This document shows positions 57,399 to 64,000 of a DNA stretch of 64,000 nucleotides, in pieces. Source of the stretch: Candidatus Gottesmanbacteria bacterium. Its GTDB lineage: Bacteria; Patescibacteriota; Microgenomatia; UBA10105; UBA927. Every line of letters starts with the position of its first letter. The first letter of the stretch is position 1. Where the stretch lies: positions 105,473-169,472 of the forward strand of contig CAWEKC010000003.1 of the NCBI GenBank assembly GCA_963809665.1. Reading direction: 5' to 3'. Position numbers and translations under genes: made by a program. The notes beneath the pieces are model-generated. The model had not been told where the DNA came from. It saw only the letters and a list, made by a program, of their open reading frames with translations, and did not search any database.

Positions 57399-58370
57399 TT
57401 ATTCGGTCAAAACGCCGGCTTTTTCGAGGATTCCCCTTGCCAAAATATAATTTTTGACATGGTCTTTTTTCGGTTCAACCAATATGAACATATCGTTGCG
57501 GTTTTGAAAAAGTTTCAGCAGTTTGATCATTTCTGTTTTATCAGGAATTGCGGCGTCGGTATTCAAAACCGGATTTTCCAGCGAATCATGGATATCAACG
57601 CCGTTATACGGCGGCACGGTAAACCCAAGATGAATAAGTCGTGTGGCAGGCGCTAAGACTTTGGTTGTTTTATACAAAAACCTCCAGACGGCGCCACGAT
57701 CATCCGAAATCATATTACAGGCGGTATGGCAAAAGTCATTGGCTATGGCAAATCCGCGATGCCCAAGCTCCAATTGGACGGTTATCGGCAGCTGGTGCAG
57801 GTTGATGACACCGGTCCGGGTCCTGTTGACGCTCCAGCTTGCTGTGTCGCGCTGCGGGATTGTTTCGACGGTCAATAGCACTCCGCGGTCGCCGGCGTAT
57901 TCGTTTAGGCGTGTAATATTTTCCGTAAACGTCCGGGTGCACATATCAAGATCAGCAGGTTCTGATGCGACAGATACATTCAACGTGGCAAAATTGACGT
58001 TCACGAGCGCCCGCATGTCGGTATGGACATTCACATAGGTAAAATGATTATGTGCGGCAACGTCAATTGTGGCTTTCATAAGCTCCAAAGACGGTTTAAT
58101 GATATCCGCATCAGGATATGCGATATTTGTAAGTATTCCGTTAGGCAGCGCGCCCCAATAATGTAAACCTACATCCATAGGCCGGCGCTTCATGAAGTCA
58201 AACAGATTGGTATAGTCATCTTTTTTGGTTACATTAAACCAGACTTCAGCCATGGCGGGACGGGTGGCTGTGATATCCGCACTACTGTTACGGTCCAAAC
58301 TCACTTTGATACCGAGTTTCATAGGATCTAAGTATAACAGACTATTGACAAATAGTTCGATGTCGTACAA
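57399..58370 (-). CDS. TIM-barrel protein, xylose isomerase-like/AP-endonuclease family 2-like (tentative)
   Basis: Weak motif similarity to Nfo-type barrels (LLTVETIP, NDFCHTA, IHLGF); 323 aa. Confidence 0.3.
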   Translation of the reverse strand: MYDIELFVNSLLYLDPMKLGIKVSLDRNSSADITATRPAMAEVWFNVTKKDDYTNLFDFMKRRPMDVGLHYWGALPNGILTNIAYPDADIIKPSLELMKATIDVAAHNHFTYVNVHTDMRALVNVNFATLNVSVASEPADLDMCTRTFTENITRLNEYAGDRGVLLTVETIPQRDTASWSVNRTRTGVINLHQLPITVQLELGHRGFAIANDFCHTACNMISDDRGAVWRFLYKTTKVLAPATRLIHLGFTVPPYNGVDIHDSLENPVLNTDAAIPDKTEMIKLLKLFQNRNDMFILVEPKKDHVKNYILARGILEKAGVLTE

Positions 58371-58384
58371 TCTAGATTGTAGAC

Positions 58385-59317
58385 ATGGATTTGGACAAAT
58401 TAATAAAAGATTTTCTGGAATATCTTGAAATTGAGCGGAATGTTTCGCAGTTGACTATCCGCAACTACGCCCATTATTTGCACCGGTTTCTGGGCTTCCT
58501 GAAGACCCAAATCCCCTCCCCCGCGCCTACAACCCGCGATATTACGTCAGATTCAATCCGTGAATACCGGTTATATTTATCGCGGTTCGTTGATGAGCAC
58601 GGGATCAGTTTAAAACGCGTAACGCAGAATTACCATTTGATTGCGTTACGGTCATTCCTAAAATATTGTCTGAAGCGGGATATTTCAGTTGTCGCCCCGG
58701 AAAAAATTGATCTGCCGAAAGCGGAAAGCCGTTCCATAAAATTCCTGGAACGGGAACAGGTTGAACGGTTGTTAAATATGCCGGAAATATCCAAAGCCGA
58801 CGGTCTTCGGGATAAAGCGATTTTGGAAACGCTGTTTTCTACGGGACTTCGGGTATCGGAACTCACGAAACTCAACCGCGACCAGATCAATTTTGACCGG
58901 AAAGAATTCGGTGTCATCGGAAAAGGCCGCCGCGCCCGCGTGGTTTTTTTATCAGACAGTTCGGTCGAGTGGTTGCAGCGGTATCTCAAAGACCGGACCG
59001 ACGAGAGTATTGCGCTTTTTATCCGGTACGCCGGTAAAAAACCCGACATTGATGATAAAAACGGTGAATCATTCCGCCTGACACCGCGAAGCGTCCAGCG
59101 CTTAGTGGAAAAATATGTAAAGAAAGCGCGCCTGCCCGTAAAAATTACGCCGCACGGCTTGCGGCATAGTTTTGCCACAGACCTCTTAACCGGAGGCGCG
59201 GATCTGCGGGCTATACAGGAAATGCTCGGACATAAAAACGTGTCAACGACCCAAATTTATACCCATATTACCAATCCGCAGCTCAAGGAAATCCACGCAA
59301 GATACCACAGAAAATGA
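58385..59317 (+). CDS. xerC: Tyrosine recombinase XerC/XerD
   Basis: SAM-like N-domain; catalytic R...HGLRHSFAT...LGHKNVSTTQIYTH with active-site Tyr. Confidence 0.85.
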   Translation: MDLDKLIKDFLEYLEIERNVSQLTIRNYAHYLHRFLGFLKTQIPSPAPTTRDITSDSIREYRLYLSRFVDEHGISLKRVTQNYHLIALRSFLKYCLKRDISVVAPEKIDLPKAESRSIKFLEREQVERLLNMPEISKADGLRDKAILETLFSTGLRVSELTKLNRDQINFDRKEFGVIGKGRRARVVFLSDSSVEWLQRYLKDRTDESIALFIRYAGKKPDIDDKNGESFRLTPRSVQRLVEKYVKKARLPVKITPHGLRHSFATDLLTGGADLRAIQEMLGHKNVSTTQIYTHITNPQLKEIHARYHRK

Positions 59318-60330
59318 AACAACCCGCCCACATTGCAGTAGTGTATAGTTTGCCCACCAAACGGGCCCTGGGGAGCCCCTACGCGGATACAGAACAGGAT
59401 ACCGTGGATTCCGCAGAAGAGGTGTGTGCTGCCCTGAAAGAAAAAGGTGCTCATGCATTCCTTGTGCCGGTAGCGGAAGATTCCATCGGGGCTATTTCCG
59501 GTGTTCGGGCTGATTGCATGGTAAACCTCATCGACTGGACGGGGTTGGATTTGCCGTTATCAGATGTTGCTTTTACGGCAATTGAGCATACCGGTATCCC
59601 GTTTACAGGAGCGACCCGCGAAAATTATCTGACGACATCCGACAAGATTTTGATGAAAAAGGCCCTTGACGCACATAAACTTCCTACCCCGCGGTGGCAG
59701 CTTTTTGAGATCGGGACGGAACCGGTACGCGGCGACTTTACCTATCCCGTGATAGTAAAGCTGGCATTTGAACATTGCAGTATCGGACTTACCCATGATG
59801 CAGTTGTTACGACTCCTGCGGAATTGGCGATACGGGCTGCCGAGCGCATCAGGACGTTCGGGGAGCCGGTTATTGCCGAGGAGTTTATCATCGGGCGGGA
59901 GTTTCAGGTGACTGTCATAGAGACGGCCGGCCGGGTCCTTATTCTGCCGCCAGCGGAAATTCTATTTAACACGCAGGGACCGGAATCACTGCTGACCTTC
60001 GATAGCAGGTGGAACGAAACGACTGCAGATTATGCTTCGTCCCGCGTGGGGCTCCCCATATTACCCGCAGATTTTGCCGGTAAGATTGCTGCGGTAGCCA
60101 AAAAAACATTTAAGGAATTAGGATTCCGTGATTATGCGCGCTTAGATATCAGGACTATCGGTAATTCAATATTTATTTTAGAGTCCAACAGTAACCCCGG
60201 CCTTTCGGATTCGGATGAGTATGGGATGACGGTATCCTACAAAGCAGCCGGAATGACATTTGCCGATTTTATATGGATGATAGTGAGTTCCTCACTGAGG
60301 CGGTTCAGTCAATCGTTTGCCCGGGCGTGA
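59314..60330 (+). CDS. ddl: D-alanine--D-alanine ligase family ATP-grasp enzyme
   Basis: Collinear with DdlB (IPFTGATRENYLTTSDKILMK, YPVIVKLAFEHCSIG, LESNSNPGLS); canonical HGxxGEDG replaced by IDWTGLDLP. Confidence 0.6.
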   Translation: MKQPAHIAVVYSLPTKRALGSPYADTEQDTVDSAEEVCAALKEKGAHAFLVPVAEDSIGAISGVRADCMVNLIDWTGLDLPLSDVAFTAIEHTGIPFTGATRENYLTTSDKILMKKALDAHKLPTPRWQLFEIGTEPVRGDFTYPVIVKLAFEHCSIGLTHDAVVTTPAELAIRAAERIRTFGEPVIAEEFIIGREFQVTVIETAGRVLILPPAEILFNTQGPESLLTFDSRWNETTADYASSRVGLPILPADFAGKIAAVAKKTFKELGFRDYARLDIRTIGNSIFILESNSNPGLSDSDEYGMTVSYKAAGMTFADFIWMIVSSSLRRFSQSFARA

Positions 60331-60913
60331 AAACATGACTCGTATCGATGGTAAATTTCGGAAGATGTGAGGTTTCCCTAGCCATGACAAATAACATTTG
60401 CTGCTGCCATTTCCGGATAAGCCGGAAATGTTTTTTTCTCTTGCCGATGTTCCTCCGTTTTAGATCATAATCCATCCACCGTGAACGGAAATCCGCCCAA
60501 TCGTAGGATTTTTTTTGGGCGCTTGAGCTGTCAAACAGTACAATTCTGCTTTTGCTGGCACTGAAGGAAGATACTGCCGCCCAGTGTCCGGAGTCTACAT
60601 GCGGACGGTCTTTTTCATCTAAATCATATAAGTACGAAACAAGGATCGCGCGATGCTGGTTCGGATTATATTTCAATGCACTTTGCAGGTGATGAAGCGT
60701 TGCGTATTCAACGACGAGGACGGTATATCCGAGTTTGTTGGCGGCACGGATCATGTTTTTGGTGCTTGTACCGTTTCTGTTCGTACCGCAGAGTTCCATA
60801 AGATGCGTCAGTGATGTACGTTTGCCGAATACCGACAATGCATGTTTGAGCGCTGCGGGTCCGCAGGTAGTATCGTCCGGTTGCTGGATTGGGGTAACGT
60901 GGCTTCTGCCCAT
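60305..60913 (-). CDS. Stand-alone C39-like papain-fold cysteine peptidase
   Basis: Q-x5-TCGPAAL catalytic Cys context and downstream GHWAAV His motif; 202 aa; 3' end overlaps ddl 3' end by 26 bp (convergent). Confidence 0.5.
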   Translation of the reverse strand: MGRSHVTPIQQPDDTTCGPAALKHALSVFGKRTSLTHLMELCGTNRNGTSTKNMIRAANKLGYTVLVVEYATLHHLQSALKYNPNQHRAILVSYLYDLDEKDRPHVDSGHWAAVSSFSASKSRIVLFDSSSAQKKSYDWADFRSRWMDYDLKRRNIGKRKKHFRLIRKWQQQMLFVMARETSHLPKFTIDTSHVFTPGQTID

Positions 60914-60994
60914 TAGTACGGGTAATTCTACACTTGTCGGGGAGGTCTGACAAGACCTATAAGAAGGCCATATTCAGCCTCAAATGAGGCTAAA

Positions 60995-61726
60995 TTATTG
61001 GATTTGATAGCTTAACGTGACCGTGACTATGATCTCGTTTGTGCCTGTTTCAATCTGGGTCGGTGCACCTGCCCCGAGTCCTTTATCGGCAGTTGCCAGC
61101 ATCGGGACCGGCCGCGGATTATTGCCGAAATCTTCGGAGTAATTTATGATTTTTCCGAGAGAAAATCCGGCAATTTTCGCGGCATTGACGGCTTTGGTTT
61201 TAGCATCATTAACCGCCAGGATACGTGCCTCATTCTGCGCTTTGGTTTTATCATCCACGTCAAATGTTATACCGCCGATCTGGTTGGCACCGGCCGCGGT
61301 TGCCGCGTCGATAACCGCATTCGCATTGTCTATCGCACGGACTTTGATCGAAAGGTTTGTACTCGCCTGATACCCGGTGATCCGCGGCGTCCCCGCGCCA
61401 TAATCGTACATCGGATTAATATTGTAGCCCGTCGTCTGAATATCCTTATCCGCAACTCCGGCTTTTTTGACGGCCGCCGTCACTGCATTGATGGATTTGT
61501 TAAGCTGGTCCTGTACAAGTTTCACCGTTGCCGCCTGCGCCTGGACGCCTGCCGATACTACTGCAATATCGGGTACTTCGTAAACTTTTCCTTCACCGGT
61601 GACGGTGAACGTATCGGTTTTGGTGGTGGTGATCTGGTTTACGCTAAACGGGATAGGCCCAGCCAGTTTGGTATATGCGAACAATGCGATGAAGAATAGA
61701 ACTACAGCGCCTCCGATTTTGTCCAT
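60995..61726 (-). CDS. SIMPL/BP26-domain protein (DUF541)
   Basis: N-terminal TM/signal helix, characteristic Ala/Thr/Lys-rich two-lobed pattern, 243 aa. Confidence 0.6.
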   Translation of the reverse strand: MDKIGGAVVLFFIALFAYTKLAGPIPFSVNQITTTKTDTFTVTGEGKVYEVPDIAVVSAGVQAQAATVKLVQDQLNKSINAVTAAVKKAGVADKDIQTTGYNINPMYDYGAGTPRITGYQASTNLSIKVRAIDNANAVIDAATAAGANQIGGITFDVDDKTKAQNEARILAVNDAKTKAVNAAKIAGFSLGKIINYSEDFGNNPRPVPMLATADKGLGAGAPTQIETGTNEIIVTVTLSYQIQ

Positions 61727-61741
61727 AGTGATCCCCTTTCG

Positions 61742-62548
61742 TTATTTTATTGTACATGTCTTTACAAGATTTTGCATAAGACACGCAATGTTTAACGGTC
61801 CCACACCTCCGGGTGTCGGCGTATAAAATGATGCGATATTTTTAACATCCTCTTCCTCGTAATCCCCATGGAGTTTCCCGTCCTCCCCGCGCGTGATCCC
61901 CACAGAGATAAGAATTACACCCGGTTTAATGGCATCGGCTGTGACGATTTTCCTTTTACCGACGCAACTGATGATAATATCCGCACGCTGCGTTATTTCT
62001 TGAGGATTGGGCGTACTGCTTGTAATTATAGACGTCGCACATTGTTGCTTTTCAAAAGCCTCGGCGATAGGTTTTCCGGCAGTTTCCCCTCTTCCGATGA
62101 TAACAACTTTTTTATGTTTCGCGTTGATTCCTATATGTTTTAAAATTGAAAATATCGCCATGGCAATCGGCACCTCGAAGGGCGAATTATTCACAAATCC
62201 GTCAATATCTTTTTTCCGGCTGACCGTTTGACCCACTGATGCATCGATGTGCGGCGGCAGCGGGCGCTGGACAATAAGAGCGTGGGTTGCGGGGTCGCGG
62301 TTATACATGTCAACCCGAGCGGCGAGCTCCCTGGGAAGTGTCGCTTTGGGAAGTTGCTCAAATATGAACCTACCCCCGATTTTTTCCGTGGCTATCTGTT
62401 TTTGGCGGATATACGAAAGAGACTCCGGATTATCACCGACCAATAGAACCGCCAGCGTGGGCGTTATATCTTTCTGTTTGAGGCGTGAGACTTGTTTTGT
62501 GAGGTCCGTAAGTATGGCATCCGCGATAGCCTTCCCGTCGATTTTCAT
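61742..62548 (-). CDS. folD: Bifunctional methylenetetrahydrofolate dehydrogenase/cyclohydrolase
   Basis: IDGKAIA N-terminus, YIRQKQIA, GRGETAGKPIA nucleotide-binding and PGGVGP motifs. Confidence 0.85.
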   Translation of the reverse strand: MKIDGKAIADAILTDLTKQVSRLKQKDITPTLAVLLVGDNPESLSYIRQKQIATEKIGGRFIFEQLPKATLPRELAARVDMYNRDPATHALIVQRPLPPHIDASVGQTVSRKKDIDGFVNNSPFEVPIAMAIFSILKHIGINAKHKKVVIIGRGETAGKPIAEAFEKQQCATSIITSSTPNPQEITQRADIIISCVGKRKIVTADAIKPGVILISVGITRGEDGKLHGDYEEEDVKNIASFYTPTPGGVGPLNIACLMQNLVKTCTIK

Positions 62549-62590
62549 ACACGCATTTTATCACACTGTATAGGCGGAGCGAGGTATTGT

Positions 62591-62842
62591 TTATTTAGAT
62601 TCTATATTTCTTTTCTCAATGAGTTCGTCAGGATTTGCTCCCTGTGCTTCGATGAGTCCGCGTATAACGTTGATCGCTTTCAGCACGGGTCCACCATGTG
62701 TTGTATTATATGTTTTTGTTTGTTCTATAAGATGGGTTGTAAGTTCCTCCGGATCGGCATCTTGAAGCCCTTTTAAATATAAATCTATGAGGGTGTATGC
62801 CGCTTTATCATTTTTAAACTGCTCCGGTTTGGGAGAAGCCAT
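62591..62842 (-). CDS. Hypothetical small protein
   Basis: 83-aa ORF between folD and gyrA, no motifs. Confidence 0.3.
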   Translation of the reverse strand: MASPKPEQFKNDKAAYTLIDLYLKGLQDADPEELTTHLIEQTKTYNTTHGGPVLKAINVIRGLIEAQGANPDELIEKRNIESK

Positions 62843-62843
62843 A

Positions 62844-64000
62844 TTATTTTGTGAGGCAGGTTGCCGCGGCGATGGTGTCGGATTTATCGGCGAAGCGCAT
62901 GAGAATGACGCCGCTTGTTGCGCGTCCGAGACGGGGAACTGAATTAATAGGAAGTTTCACAACCTGCCCCTTCATCGACGTTAAAATGACGCTGTCGGTC
63001 TCTGCCGGTACTATTTGGGATACGACGACTTTACCGGTCCGGTCTTTGACCTCTGCGACTTTTACGCCCTGCCCGCCGCGTTTCTGTTTGGGAAAATCGC
63101 GGATCGCAGTTTTTTTGCCGATACCCTTTTCCATGATAGTGAGAAAGTCATTCTTTTTTGTTTCGGCGTTGATGACATCGACGCTCACCACAAAATCCGT
63201 GCCCTTCAAAAGTATGCCGCGGACGCCCATGGTATCGCGGGCTGTCGGCCGGACTTCCGTTTCAATAAACCGGATAGACTTGCCTTCGTGAGAGACCAGG
63301 AGTATGTCATCCGCCCCCCCTGTAAGTCTGGCCCACGTCAGTTCGTCGTCTTTTTCCAATTTAATTGCCACGAGGCCGCTTCGCCGGATATTTTCGTACT
63401 CGGTTAAACGGGATTTTTTAATGGTACCGTGTTTTGTTGCCATGAGAATAAACTTCACACCTGATTCTTTCTGTTCATCGCGCTTAAGACTGTAGGTTAA
63501 TACCGACGTCACCTTTTCTCCCGATTCGATATTGATAAGGTTGACGACCGCCTGTCCTTTGGCTTGCCGGCTGGTTTCAGGGATATCCCATACGCGCACC
63601 TGGTATACCCGGCCGCGGTCGGTAAAGAAAAGCATGTTGTCGTGGGTCTGCGCGGTTAAAATTTTATCGATCGTATCTTCCTCTTTTGTGGTCATGCCGA
63701 TGACGCCTTTGCCGCCGCGCTCCTGCATCTTGAACGTGCCGCGCGGGAGCCGCTTAATATATCCCGATTCGCTCATGGTGATCAGGACGTTCTCGTTGGC
63801 AATGAGCTGTTCCTCGCTGAATTCGCCTACTTTACTTTTGAACACTCTTGTTTTCCGCTGGTCGCCGTATTTTTCTTTTAATTTGGTCAGTTCATCTTTG
63901 ACGACTTTGAGGATTTTCGTCGGGTGCGCCAGCAGATCTTCAAGATACGAAATGGTCTCACGAACCATTTCGAGTTCGTCCTCAATTTTCTGTCTCTCAA
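62844..64000 (-). CDS. gyrA: DNA gyrase subunit A, C-terminal beta-pinwheel part (5' portion lies beyond window end)
   Basis: Repeated GyrA-CTD blades (GKGV...GIRFIE...GVILMRF); reading frame stays open to the last base of the window. Confidence 0.8.
   Translation of the reverse strand, partial: ERQKIEDELEMVRETISYLEDLLAHPTKILKVVKDELTKLKEKYGDQRKTRVFKSKVGEFSEEQLIANENVLITMSESGYIKRLPRGTFKMQERGGKGVIGMTTKEEDTIDKILTAQTHDNMLFFTDRGRVYQVRVWDIPETSRQAKGQAVVNLINIESGEKVTSVLTYSLKRDEQKESGVKFILMATKHGTIKKSRLTEYENIRRSGLVAIKLEKDDELTWARLTGGADDILLVSHEGKSIRFIETEVRPTARDTMGVRGILLKGTDFVVSVDVINAETKKNDFLTIMEKGIGKKTAIRDFPKQKRGGQGVKVAEVKDRTGKVVVSQIVPAETDSVILTSMKGQVVKLPINSVPRLGRATSGVILMRFADKSDTIAAATCLTK

Overview
This window holds about 80 densely packed genes from a small-genome bacterium, read with the standard genetic code (TGA is used as a stop). 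Short gene forms (151-aa EF-Ts, CBS-less IMPDH, RF1 without domain 1), many start/stop overlaps, and rpsB-tsf-frr without pyrH fit a streamlined, possibly Patescibacteria/CPR-like lineage; that placement is inference.

Content is mostly housekeeping:
- Translation: rpsB, tsf, frr, rpsU, rpsF, rpsR, rpmE, prfA, proS, cysS, hisS, ychF, tRNA-Leu(CAA), tgt, dus, rluA, ybeY.
- Replication: dnaX, ybaB, recR, ssb, dnaB, xerC/D, and the gyrA 3' part running off the window end.
- A nucleotide and one-carbon theme: two tandem tmk paralogs, tdk, an unknown P-loop protein, a histidine phosphatase, IMPDH, prs, thyA, folA, glyA, 5-FCL and folD.
- Transporters and proteases: a P2-type ATPase, a CaCA exchanger, MFS, a frameshifted EamA and a frameshifted KefB-like antiporter, plus RseP, an S41 peptidase, an HtrA-like protease and a C39-like peptidase.

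The most notable items are:
1. A TrpR/YerC-like regulator with two perfect palindromic operators (TATTAAC-N2-GTTAATA) at one end of its gene, in the promoter region of a LOG-like/PRTase-like gene pair. A 26-bp perfect palindrome with the same core sits 8 bp upstream of the folA start codon.
2. A lower-GC roughly 1.7-kb islet beside tgt with a small SAM methyltransferase, a Cys-rich small protein and decayed ORF fragments.
3. A 1-kb gene-free interval containing imperfect direct repeats.
4. An RF1 lacking its N-terminal domain.
5. At least six single-base indels in or next to G/C/T homopolymers that split glyA, an aminotransferase, ychF, EamA and kefB. These look like assembly errors rather than pseudogenes.
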